64,000 nt of DNA from Botryllus schlosseri (taxonomy: Eukaryota): contig CM119373.1 of NCBI GenBank assembly GCA_051294905.1, positions 30,876,001 through 30,940,000 of the forward strand, given 5' to 3'. Under the pieces are notes generated by a model. The model had not been told where the DNA came from and made no database searches. It saw nothing but the letters and a program-made list of their open reading frames with translations. Shown here one piece after another: positions 50,862 to 63,737 of this stretch. The first letter of the stretch is position 1; each line of letters starts with the position of its first letter. The translations under genes were made by a program, and so were the position numbers.

Positions 50862-53800
50862 AGTATGGTTATGCAATAAAACCATTATCCCCTCTGCGCA
50901 ATATATTTAGACAATCAATATTGCATCTACCTCGTATTGCTGATTTCTGTTTTTGGATGGTGCATGGCGCAACACCGATCTGACTTCAATCTCGTAGTCC
51001 TTTTCCGGAACAGTCGTAGGAATATTGCAACAAGCACCTAAACAGGAAGATTATAGTAAACAATTTATAGAGACGACAACTAGTTCAACCTACGATATAT
51101 AATATCTTGTATAAACTCAGTGCACACAGAGCTTTCTTCCCAGTTCTGCCCAACTTTATCAGTTGCCACTCTATTGGGAAACTCAGCGCTAATCAATTAA
51201 ATATACCAGATACTCACCATTTCCAGTAGGAAATTCCCAGCAGAATGAACCTAGACGACTCTCTGTAGGAAGGGCTACTTGCTGAGACAACGTATCTGAA
51301 CAGATAAATAACAGTCAGTGGCACTTCAAACACGCAATAACGGGCATGGGTTGATTAAACGCAGTCAAATAATGGTAATCTTATAGCTGGCGAACAGAGC
51401 GCAAAATTTAATAAAACAGGTCTCAATATAAAGCTACTTTCGCACTGATTCAGAAAATATAAATTAAAATCTGGTCCGGGCACTAAAACCCCCCAAAAAT
51501 TGCCTTTAAAATCCGAAATCAGCATTGTTTTTAACAAAGGTAGCGGCAGTAGACAATGACAAATCAAATGTCTAGAACTGATTGTGACATCATTGAGCGC
51601 CTTGGCAAATTCGTGCTGAATATATATTACAATGAAATTCATGAACCGCTGTGCCCAATGGAACAAACTGTTTTGTAGATCGGCCTGTTGCGTACCAAGA
51701 AATACGCGTTGATAGTAAATTCTACGATATGGTATATGTTCAGGCTTTTGTGCTATAATTTATATTTATCCAAATTTTTGAATGCGCGACGACGCATAAA
51801 ATACACAAACTACTCACATTACGACTTATTCGCGCTACAGCGATTGATACGACGCGCTATACTCTGAGTCTGAGAATCACGGGGAACACGGCAAGCGACT
51901 TCGCCAGTGCGCCCAATGATGTCACAATCAGTACGAGACATTGAACGGTCATTGTCTACCGACGTTACGATTGATAGAAACAATACCGACTTTGACCCTT
52001 CGAGGGCGATTTCCGGGGCGTTCCAGTGCGCGGACCAGATTTTAATTTCATTTTTCGGAGTCAGTGCGAAAGTAGCTTTCGATTTGGACCCGTGTAATTT
52101 AATTGTTCGTTCTGGTCGCCTGCTCTATTAATGTTGAGTTATCAAATTGGAAGTTTCTACAGTCATCATTGCATGAGCTGAGCATAGAAAATTTCAAATA
52201 ATTCATAACTTACATACGGTATACCCAGCTCAGCTTTCTAGACTATATATAAGAGTTAAATAATTTTCAACAAATCAAACGGTCATAACTGCAGATTTCT
52301 TGCTGTTTTGATACCACATGGAGGAATTAAGCTCTAACCTGCATTTGGTAAATTGGTGATGCACTGTCCGTAAAATCACGACATTAATGGCAGATTTCTT
52401 CCTTCATTTTTCTTCAAGATGCTGAGATTTCTTTTCGAACTGTTTCGCCTGAGCTTCAGCAAGATCAGTATCACTGGTATCAGTGGAACATGTGCGTTTT
52501 CTTTGAATCTTCTCGTGACCACCCGAATCAGACCTTGAATCGAAATCATATTTGGTAGATCTTCGTATCCGTCGTCTTTTCCCCGCATCCGATGCCGAGC
52601 TATCCAAGTTAGTATTGCAATATAGTACTCATAGGGCTGGGTAGAATTGAATATCGGTACTTCAATAATACAATTTGGAAGCCAAGCATTAATATCATGA
52701 TTGAAATACCAGCAACCACGACTCTTGAGTAGGGATGTCTATCACTCAATTTGGGTTACGGGTCTAATTCAAAAATTCTGATAGCTTGCGGTCAGTCAAA
52801 TGTTTCTGTACCTTCCAATCCATTTCCAGTCATAAATCACAAAACAGTAACTCTTACCTTATGTTGATCAAAAAATCAGGTTTGGTTACAATAAAAGGAC
52901 GTACTATAACAGTATCAACTCTAAACCTACCTACCTACCTACCTATACCGAACATTCGTCATAATAGCTCTTTAATACTATATAGGGATTCAATAACCAA
53001 GCGCATTTTCGTTGTGCACATACGCCACTTCTGACTATAACCGTATCATTATCATTGACTGACTACACTGCTACAACCAGTGGTTATGGTTAGGTAATCA
53101 CCGAGCTAAGTGGCACACAGCAAATGTCGAAAATGCTTCTCGCCGCTGACAACAATTCACTTCAAAGAATCACGGTTCAAACTTCCCAGACGAAAATTTG
53201 AATCACGTGAACTGGGCTCGCTGCGCAATGCGCCACTGCGCATATGGATGAAAAAGGCTAATGATCTCATTCACTTCAGGCATGGCGCGACGCACGACGC
53301 ACGAGGAAAGCTCGTCAATCGTTGAGTGGTATTCAGTGGGGTAACATCACTTAGCTATATAACATCGGTAAAACATTATGAGGTACAAAAATTGTAATTG
53401 TCAAATTGTAAAGTTTATTACATGCTCGAAATAAAAGTACGAAAGAGAATGTACGATTATCGAAGTCGATAATAGAGTATACCATTAACTATTCATTACA
53501 CCAGCATATAATCCATGTAAATTATATGGCGATCAAGTCAGATTCACTGTGCGCAGTCGCCATTTCTGCCGACCCATTGAACGCATTCAAGTGAAAAACG
53601 CTAAACATCTCACGGCATGACGCACGCGAAAAGTTCGTAACATCTTTCGGAATTGCGAATGTTCACCGCAGGAACAAACAGTAACACGACAGCTAAAAGG
53701 GCACAGAAATGGCAATGTTTAAAAGCTTGAAATGTAGGCCCGACAGTGAATATTGACCGTTCAATGCCAGCATGCATAATCCGGTTACGTGACGTCGCTA

Positions 53801-55500
53801 TGAAGAATCACGTCCAGTGACGATTTTCCTTCCAATTCTATTGAAATATTTTGAAATACTGAATGTGTGCAATTTGTGCATATCAGCGTCGGGAGTTAAT
53901 GAGAGGTTGACTTTATAGCTGAAACAAAATGGAGCTATCCTCACACTGTCCGAATATGATATCCATTGGAATTCTGATTCGCGCTTTCAGTGGACTATCC
54001 CGAATATCGGTGTGTAAATGTGCGATTTTCTTTCGAACTGTACTCTTGAAACATTTTGAAAGGATGAAATATGTGCCCTTATCAGCAAGAACTTGAGTGG
54101 TTGACTTTTTAGCTGATACAACATCTTGATATCCGCACACTGTCAGATTATGATATCCATTGGAAATTGAATTGGGACTTCTAGTGGACTATCCGAAATG
54201 ATTTTCTGTATGTATGTCCTAGGATATCCGAACCGGACATTTTCCAACGTGGATAGCCAAGTATTAGCCAACGTCTGTCCAACCGGACACTGGGACACTC
54301 GGACACTGCTTGGATAGCCCTAGGCAATTATGTGTTTGCTGGGATGCCCCTGGGTGAAACGTCAAATACAGCTTATGTAACAATGTAACAGTTACTAGTT
54401 TTTGCTGCCACAAGAAAAACAAGGGACAATCAAAGAGTTCCGCTGGCGTCGGCCGTAAGTAAGCGATCCATACTAAGGCTCGTCACAATCCGTTCTGTCC
54501 AGCTAGTACACGGCGCCAATTTCATACGTCGGAGACAGACGAAGAAGAGGGAGCATAGAGGGGTAAAACAGATCCCAGCCGATCGGCTCCGAATGCGAAC
54601 CTCGTCGCCGACGATAGGATCATTCCTGCGAAGGTACTGCATTTCTAAAGAGGTACATAGTTGCGTTTGTTCTCGCAGTTTTTGGGGTCACGCTCCGTTC
54701 GGTTTAGAGAGCGAACAAGCAATAAGCGGCGGTTCGCTGTAAAAAACTGCACGACGCCAGTAAACGATGCTATGAAATAACGAAAAAGGTGGAATACAAG
54801 TAAGAAAGTGGGTACCGGAAGCCATGGTCTACAATTGCTGAAATGGCAACAGAAGTGGAAAGAACAGGTTCGCATCGTCTTTCAGCAAGTCCAGCTGTCA
54901 GGCACAAATTATCGACCGACATAAATCGCGCTGACTCTCTCTCATCACACGACCCACAGGAATCGCTCCAACAGCATGTCGAAAGTTATCGACGCAGACA
55001 TGTCGAAATGGGATCACTTGACCCGGAAATCAATGTATCATGACTTGCACCAGCAACGAGCATTTGGACTACGCACATTGTGGAATTGATTTATGCACCG
55101 CGCCTGATTTACCTTTGGAATTTTTATTGACCCAGAACAGAATTGACCAGATTTCAAATAAATTGTAGCGTATTTTATGTATCTTTTGAATCAGACAGAA
55201 GATATGAATAATGATAAAATGTCGCGAAAACGTGTTTCATTTTGAATGCAGCAAAGGAGCAAAGGAAAATCAATTCAAAGACAACGAGGAGGTGTTTACG
55301 GCCCTCACGCTTAACTATAGCGAGCATGATTCATCTACTCTTTCCCACAATTAGTAGATTAATATCAAAAATAGCGAAAAATCCGTATCGTGCGAATTCA
55401 TATTGAATGTGTCGAATACCATATAATACATGTATTATTAAGGGGCGATGAAGCGCCTCCCCTTCCAGATATACACGAGTATGTGAATAAAGCAGATTTC

Positions 55501-55874
55501 CGTAAAAAGGTGTGTAGAGGGTGAGGCAGGCCTGCAAAGCTTTCACGCAGAGGTTATATATAGTTCTCTTGTGTGGGGATTTTTTTTTTCGGAATTTTCA
55601 TATTTCGTGATGCGACTGTTGATATACAATGTTTGTTGATATACAATGAATGTTTTTTCTTTCACATTCGTAAAAAGGTGTGTAGGGGGTGAGGCAGGCC
55701 TGCAAAGCATTCACGCAAGGTGAGGCAGGCCTGCAAAGCTTTCACGCAGAGGTTATATATAGTTCTCCTGTGTGGGGAATTTTTTTTTCGGAATTTTCTT
55801 TTTTCATATTTCGTGATGCGACTGTTGATATACAATGTTTGTTGATATACAATGAATGTTTTTTCTTTCACATT
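55501..55874. repeat. Tandem duplication of a 168-bp unit; the second copy has an internal ~29-bp re-duplication
   Basis: cgtaaaaaggtgtgtag...ctttcacatt occurs at 55501 and 55669. Confidence 0.9.
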
Positions 55875-58800
55875 CTATACTACCAGTTGCTGACGATTAC
55901 CTCTCACGAGTGTCAGCCGAAAATATTCGGGTTCATTTCAATATAAATATACTATAAAATTGTATATCTCCTTGTCACATAGGAAAGTGGGTTCGATTGC
56001 TTCAGGCTGTATCAGCGTTTCCAGCCCGGATAAATTGATGTAAACGCCCATAGCAGGTCGAACATAAGAGGGTGTCGTTGACAATTTTAACGGCCACGTG
56101 TTGCTTTCAATCGGAAGCATTTCTTTACAAAGTTGAGCGGTATGAAGTGTCGGCCGTCGTAATCAATTATGAACAAAAAGTTAGGAGTACACTGCACAGG
56201 TGTAAGTAACTCTGACCGGGTGTGAATCTTTGCTGTGGGTGATATCTTGTGCACGTCGTGTTTGGTGTGACCGATTCGAAAACATCCGCAATGGATTCTA
56301 ATCCTAATCGTTTCTATTGATACAGTTCGAATGATATTTATAGATCTCCTCAGTTTCAATTTCTCCTCAGTTTCAATTTCTATGAACAGTAAAAATTCCC
56401 GGGACCGAATCGGTCCAACATTCATCCAATTGCTTCGAAATCATAGCAGATCGCATACCTAATCAGCATGTTAAGAATTAGAAGTTAACTGAAAGATTAG
56501 CTACATTCATTCAGGGTTGAAAAACATTTTTGGAAACTCGCCCAGTTACCTTCGCTCCTTATATCGTTTTGCTATGCCAAACATAGAAGTCAAATCCCAC
56601 AACTTCGTGGTGAATCTTCATATGAACTTCGTAGATATTAGTGGCTGCTAATGACACAGATGTGTTTCTCTTTCAGTTTCATTACTGTTATCTACCCTAC
56701 CGTGTGCATTTAAATCATGTTTTTACATCGATTTACCAAATAATTTACCGCTACTCATCTCGACCGGCTACCGGTAGGTCGATCAGATTGATACAGGAAA
56801 TGTTATTCATTATAACGCGGGAAATTGTGTTGTATGCGGGCCCTGAACGATCACTCCTATTGTACGGGTCAGATCATCGTGTACTGCCTGCCGTATTCGG
56901 TCATCAACTTAGATAAGGTCAAAGAGAGACAACTTTTAAGGTCAAAGAGAGACAGACAACACAACAACTGGTTGGTGGTGAACGTTGCCAATTGTACAGG
57001 ACAGATCGGCCTGTACTGCCTTAGTGCCTTATTCAGCATCCATAGTCAACCGCCCGCATTATAACGATGTGGTCAGTATACGTTCACTTTCCAGCAGCGT
57101 TACCTAATGTGTTACTCAATGTAAATGTATCAACATAACTATCTGTATGTGAATTCCAATTGTAAGACGTTTTGACGGTTTCAACGACGCTGCGAAGCCT
57201 TCATTTCGTTGGATATAGATTTCTGATCTAGGTATTGCAGCTGAGCAAGTTCCACTGCTGAATCGTGTCGGAGGTCATGTAAATTTTCGTTGTAGAGAAA
57301 GCTTAGAAGTGAAGCCACTGGGTTCGGTGTTCTGTTCATGTTCGTGGAACGGGCGGTTACGCCAGAGACGTCCCAAATGATTCGCAAGCAATCGACTTCA
57401 TGTGTCGGCTAACGCGGAGACCAAGAAGTATAACTTTGTTCTGCCTGCTGTCATTCCTCGGATCTGGAATTAGGCCTCGCCCTGGCAAACCATGAGCAGC
57501 AGGGAGGCCCATACGGAAGGAAGCTTGATTGATAGCCGCTGCCTTCTCAGCTGGGGTCTCTAAATCTCACCGATTCTGGGAATCCTTGTTGCTTTGTCAA
57601 CTATGCAGAATTATCTGACTCGCGAGGTTATCATTAAGCGGGTTATAAGTTCACTGAAGCAGTAGTAGATTGAACTGAGCAAAGCATAATTGAAACAGCC
57701 ATATATATCAAGCGACATGACGATGGCAAGAGAAAGCACGCTCTAATGATCACACCTGTGCTACCGCATGGTGCGCCACCAGCTCACATATGTAATTTGT
57801 GAAAGGTATGGAAGGCATCATTCCTGATGAACACGCAGCAGGACGACCTATTGGTAGAACAGAAATGACATGGTGTGAACGCGAAGATGCGAAAAACCCA
57901 GAGGAGCTCCTACGTATATGCTTCTACGTATATAAGAAAAGTATGGAGGTGCGATGCTGGGTATGTTGTTTGACTCCTGTTGTTCATAGATAAATGAAGT
58001 CGCATCTCATTAGACGCATGGCTACGCACTACAACACCAACGCGGGGTTTGTGCGTCTCGATAGCGACGTTGGCCGTGACAAAACAGCAGGTTTATCGTG
58101 CACACAGTCGGCAGTGACGATTCAGCAGATTCCAGCGCCAAGATAACAGCAGAAAAGGGGAGACGGTTGCATAAAAAACGGTTGGCGCTGTGTTTATTCA
58201 CGGCTATAGAGGCTGGGTGAGTTGAACGTGTTATATTTAAGGCTATAGACTGGGCGAGTTGAGCCTGTCCTATTGGAATGTGCTTGTGGATAAGTGATTC
58301 TTGATTTCGTGCCTATCAAAGAGTTCCATGTAAAAGTAGATCATGAAATTAGAGATGTTTCTACTGCAATAATTTCGCTTCTAGTGGTTGGAATTGAGCC
58401 AAAGGTGGTATGCATAATCTCTACTGACAGATTAACAATTTTATGGGGTCGGCAGAAAAATTTTTAAATTTTATTTTTTTGTTTTTCAATGATTAATTCA
58501 AAACTTTCTACTGGAGGAATCTCGCTTCAACTGGTTGGAATGGAGCCAAAGTTGGTGTGCAGCGTATTTTTTTTAACCAACCTAAAACCTTCATAAGTAG
58601 CCAGTTAAATCTGAAGGATATGTTTTTTGAATAGCCCCTACTGCACATTACCACGGATATTTCATGTTTTTAATGTCGACTCAGATACGGCACATGATAG
58701 AGATAGAAAGAAGCAAAATAACTTGGAATAGTCAGTCAGTCAGACAATCAATCAAGCACCCACCTTGACATACAAGCATAATAACACAACGATATTTACG

Positions 58801-58945
58801 TTTCAGGATATGCATTCTGGCAACAACACTCATGAATGCGAAATATGTGAAGCAAAATAACTTGGAATAGTCAGTCAGTCAGACAATCAATCAAGCACCC
58901 ACCTTGACATACAAGCATAATAACACAACGATATTTACGTTTCAG

Positions 58946-59221
<276 letters not shown>

Positions 59222-59339
59222 TGATCTTTGCTGTATTAATATTAAAACTGTAATAGGTCGCGACTCGGTCACCTTTAGGCATCTAGTCCGCGCATTTTCT
59301 TCACGGTGGCTAGTGGACACTAGTCCTCTCGTTGTCCCG

Positions 59340-61850
59340 TATCACGGTCCAGGAACGAGCGTTGATGTCGTGTGTCCGAAACCAAATTGCGGTATGTCGT
59401 TCACTGAACCTGCTAAATTAGCGGATCACTTGACTTTTTCGCACCGCCGTGACGGCCTTAAATGGAAGTGCATGAAATGTGGTACTTTTTTTTCTGATTC
59501 GAATCATAAAATAAGCTGTCGCTATAGGCGGTGCAAGGGCACGCGACATCATAGTTGGTTTGCCTGTCCGACTTGCGGTAAGTGCTTTAACGCAGATCCG
59601 AAAGCGAAGGACCATTTTAAATCCTGCCACACTGAGTCTACTATCCCCCTGGATTCGGCTTTTACTATCCCCTGGATTCGGCTTTTAAACAATCTGGAAT
59701 CCCCTCGGAAAATTTATTGACTGTCCCGATTAAATACGAGGGCAAGGATACTAGGTATCCTTGCCCATTTACCGGTTGCAATTACCAGGGCTTCCCTTAC
59801 AAATTGTTGGTTTCACTACAGAAACACATTTTGACCAAGCACGGCATCACTAAAAACTTTGTAAATTATGATTTCGTGTGCGGCAGGTGTGACCAATGGA
59901 CAATTCTTGCGCAGCCAGATATGATCTCTGCCAAGAACCATTGGTCCGCCTGCCGCTTACGGAAGGCTGCGTCTGCTTCCGGTAACTTATCTCCAGCCAC
60001 GTCCACGACTGGTTTCGCGAGTCGACTCGATCTCCCCTGGCTATTTCCTCGCGTTTTTTAGTCCCCTTTGCCGTTGACGCACCGGAAAGTTCTGTTACTT
60101 CTTTTCCCGGTACTATACCGGACCCTGCCTTATCCATGGCCAATCTTTCATTTTTGTCGGAAACCACCTCCGTGGTTACTGGTATCATCTCGGGCTTGGT
60201 CACGGATTTCGAATAATTCAAGACGCTCTGTCGTTTCTTCTAAAAATTCCAAACACAAAGTAAAGTCCATGAAATTCTATCCTTCTTCTCATAGTAATAG
60301 CTCCGCTTCTTTTACTACCTCCTCTGGGCCGCGCGACTCGCCAACAGTCGTGACGTCACCAAATTCTTTTTCGCCCCGAATCCCGTCCCCAATCCTTACT
60401 AGTCGATTCCCGATCCGTAGGCCAGTAACTGGGGCCTTGCCTTACCTGCCGCCCGTGCCTGGCTTCGGATTGCCGGGGATAGTAGTCTAGGCCCGCGTAC
60501 AACAACCCCAAAAATCGGGGTATCTGTGGGAAAGAGTTCGCTCGCAAGTCTGGCCACAAGCGCCATATCCATACTCATTAAGGTCTAAAATATGTTGGAT
60601 GTGATATATGAGGGAAAGCATTCCGTCAAATAAATTACCTAAACAATCATGACGACGTCCTTTTCTGTTCGAAAGTACTACCTCGAACGTCACGTGGACA
60701 CCTTTCGGAAAAATTAGAATTACGGTATCGCAGACTAACGCGAAGGCTGAAATTGATACTCATATTTGTGTTGAGCACTGTTGGTATTGTTCATTAAAAT
60801 CGTACTTGAAGACTATTTGTACAGTTAATGTCTAGTTTCCGTGCAAGAGATCTCGCCGAACTTCGATAGGATTCTCGTGTGGATGGCCACTCGATTCGCA
60901 GTAGATTTCAAGGAGATTGGGATGTCAATATTCATTTCTTGTATTTAACATCTGATTCGCAATGTGCTGTATGTTACTTCGACCCAAATTTTTCGTACTG
61001 TCGGGCGTAATACTATATAACCTGGAAAATAACGAGATTCATTGAGCAATGTATCAATCGTGATATCGAGCCGGTTTGGCGCGATGATTAGTTATCTATT
61101 TCAACGTAAAGTCACCACCTTTCAAACGAGATGTAATCTGTTCATGTTCATACCAACAGGCGTCTGATTCGGGTTACGTTAATCATGAGCGTTGTAAATT
61201 GATGTGTTACGCTGGAAACAGCGGTGGCTATTAGGTCACGGTGACACACCTTCGACTAACTTGGCTTGATAGAACTGTCTGTACTATATATACCTCTACA
61301 ATATGATGTACATATTTCTAGCATCGTCAAAATCAGTACCAAAAACGTTAGTGAAGAAGTCGTTTGGCCCCTATCTCTTTACCAAGCCCTATTCCATCAT
61401 CGCTTTTGGAATGGTTTAAAACACTTTTGCCCAGCGCCATGATCATCTCTAAAGAGGGAGTAATACAAGAAGTAGAAGACTTCTACAGAAGAAACCTCTG
61501 GGCTAAGGATGTGCAAGCAAACAATGACATGCAAACGAAAAAAAAAAACAACCTTTGCCCGGCAGCCAGGGCTCTACTCAAGAGCTCCTTGCCGGCATGG
61601 ACCGTACTTATTATGTTCTGCATAAATTTCGAGGTGACCTAAGTCGCGACTGTATTTATTCATTGTGCATATTTCTGTTAATGATCTCACGCCGAATAAA
61701 ATATTCCAAACAAAAAGAATTCCATTAGTCGGCTCTGAGCCGACTGTTTTATTCAATGATTCCGTTCGAGAAGCGAGACAAGTTTTTAGCGTCGAACTGG
61801 CAAGCTTTTTACGAGAACGACTGACGTAACGTAGCGGCATGCGCTGCCAG
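59340..61850 (+). mobile_element. Decayed zinc-finger array, probably the 5' part of an R2-superfamily (RLE-type) non-LTR retrotransposon
   Basis: Frameshifted fingers: CPKPNC..HLTFSH, CMKC..YRRC, CPTC..HFKSCH, CPFTGC..HILTKH, CGRC..HWSAC and xGIC..HIHTH (60513-60578). The alternation of CCHH and CCHC fingers is typical of R2-like N-termini. Downstream domains are barely recognisable. Confidence 0.45.
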
Positions 61851-62008
61851 CCACTGCTTTCGTTGAGGACGCCTCCACCCTAAGTAGGTCACGTAAGATG
61901 ACACTTCTAAGGAGTATTGCCTCTAACTAACATTGCATGTCCAATCTTTGTCACGCCGCACGAATTACATCCCACTAATGTTTGCGAACCTTTTTGAATA
62001 GCTACGAG

Positions 62009-62198
62009 CAATGTTCCCTCTCAAGCTGCGAACGTGCGCAAATGCGCAGTGCTGACACGGTCTTTGCGCACAGAAAAGTTAGGCTGCTCTCTAAAAAATC
62101 CGAAGTGATGACCTTTTTTAGTCGTTACGGACTCCTGTCCAGTCTGGACAGGAGTCCGTGAGTGTGCGCAGACTCGTCAAAAATTAGAGGGAGCATTG
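62009..62198 (-). mobile_element. Short (190-bp) stand-alone CAATGTTCCCTCT MITE
   Basis: CAATGTTCCCTCT / AGAGGGAGCATTG. Reverse match to 13260-13438 and 34756-34934. TSD gctacgag / gttatgag (2 mismatches). Confidence 0.8.
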
Positions 62199-63010
62199 GT
62201 TATGAGCACAACATTAGTGCTAAATATGCAGTGATGTTTCTTTAAACGGGAACACAGGTTTCATCCGATCCGGGCAAATTGCTAAATGAACAGGAAAATC
62301 ATGGCTCGCATGAGCGAACGAATACATTCGTTACATAGCATCACACTGACAAAATCATGTCGACTCGATGCAGAGAACGCTGCATCAGAAACCAGGTCCC
62401 GTGTCTCCTAGTCAACGATTAGAAACAATTAATCGAAATAATACAACAAAAATAGTGTTTCAAGTCATTTGCAATAACGCCGATTACATTTGAGGATTAT
62501 CGCAATTCATGTCGAGGCTACATCAAGACAGACACTAACACTCAAGAACGACTGATTCGGCATGACCGGAGCACGATCGGTATTGTTATGGTCTGGCTTG
62601 TCGCGCGTACTTTGTCCGTTTAGTAGCAGTGACAGGTTTAAAAAAGAACAAGGTAACGCTGACAGGTTAACGTGTGCCTCTCTACCAGAGGAAGAGATAT
62701 CGCTCGACATCAAGCACAAGGAGGAGTTGGAAGCGGCATTCAAGCGTCGGACCTCCGATGACGTCGGGAGCGCCTGGTGGTGTTTTCACTGTCCGAGTCT
62801 GCGGTGCTCGTTTGAGGACAGCGGCGGCCGGCGAGCGCGTGTGGGAAGCCAACGGAGGATATCTCGGATTGGTCGTGGCGCCTGTGTGGGAAAGCAGTTT
62901 CGCGACTGTCAAGCGACCGACAACTTGTTTTTTTCATGTCTCACGAACATAAGATATCGCGACAGGTCGATGGACAGCGGCACACGTACACTGTCGAGCA
63001 GGTGTCTTGG

Positions 63011-63737
63011 TCCTGACTGCAGCAGGCGTGCGCGCTGGTCGGACCGCCATCGCACCGCTAACTGACGTGGTTTCCCAATTGAACGAGACGTGGTTTCCTA
63101 ATTGAACGAAATGTATGTTGACGGTGGGGTTGTGTGGCTGTTATGCGTTATACGTACGTTCTGATCTGCCTCTTTCTACGCATTGAAGGCACCGGCAAGA
63201 GAGCGTAAATGTCCAAGAATCGCTAAACCTCTACACATTGTTGAAGGTACCGGCAAGAGCGTACTCTACACATTGAAGGTGCCGGCAAGAGCGGAAACGT
63301 CCCATAATCGCTAAACTATCTGCTTCGCAGGGTTCGTTCGAGCCGACGAAGCACACCGAGGTAGTATGTCGAGACTACGTCAACCCGGCTTTTACGTCCG
63401 GCTTACGTCCTGACTGCAGCAGCCGTGCACGCTGGTCGGACCGCCATCGCACCGCTAACTGACGTGGTTTTTCGAATGAACGAAATGTATGTTGGTGGGG
63501 TTGTGTAACTGTTGCGTAATTCGTTCTGATCTGCCTCTTTCTACACATTGAAGGTACCGGCAAGAGAGCGTAAACGTCCCAGAATCGCTAAACCTCTACA
63601 TATTGAAGGTACCGGCAAGAGAGCGTAAACGTCCAAGAATCGCTAAACCAACTGATTTGCAGCGTTCGTTCGAGCCGACGAAGCACACCGAGGCAAGATG
63701 TCGAGACTACGTCCTTTTCAACGAAAAGCCGGCTTTT
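63011..63737. repeat. Hierarchical tandem repeat: two ~330-400-bp units, each with 2-3 ~54-bp subunits
   Basis: tcctgactgcagcag...ggtcggaccgccatcgcaccgctaactgacgtgg occurs at 63011 and 63408. The subunit ctctacacattgaaggtaccggcaagagagcgtaaacgtccaagaatcgctaaa is repeated with variants. Confidence 0.88.

Larger units (their letters stand above)
46711..54343 (-). mobile_element. Second EnSpm/CACTA-type (CCCAG) element, non-autonomous, 7.6 kb
   Basis: Perfect 14-bp TIR CCCAGCAAACACAT, 2-bp TSD AT, and GGATATCC/GACTATCC subterminal repeats at both ends. Decayed minus-strand pieces resemble the accessory gene (52404-52607 KRRRIRRSTKY...STDTSDTD; ~50920-51040 EKDYEIEVRSVLRHAPSK). No transposase was seen. 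Confidence 0.75.

Noticed and set aside
62562-63065. 167-aa ORF as a real gene
   Set aside because: There is no recognisable domain, overlapping ORFs occur on both strands as expected for GC-rich DNA, and its 3' end lies in the tandem repeat.
63150-63650. CRISPR-like array of ~54-bp repeats
   Set aside because: The units are adjacent with no unique spacers, they vary internally, no cas genes are present and the context is eukaryotic. It is a tandem repeat.
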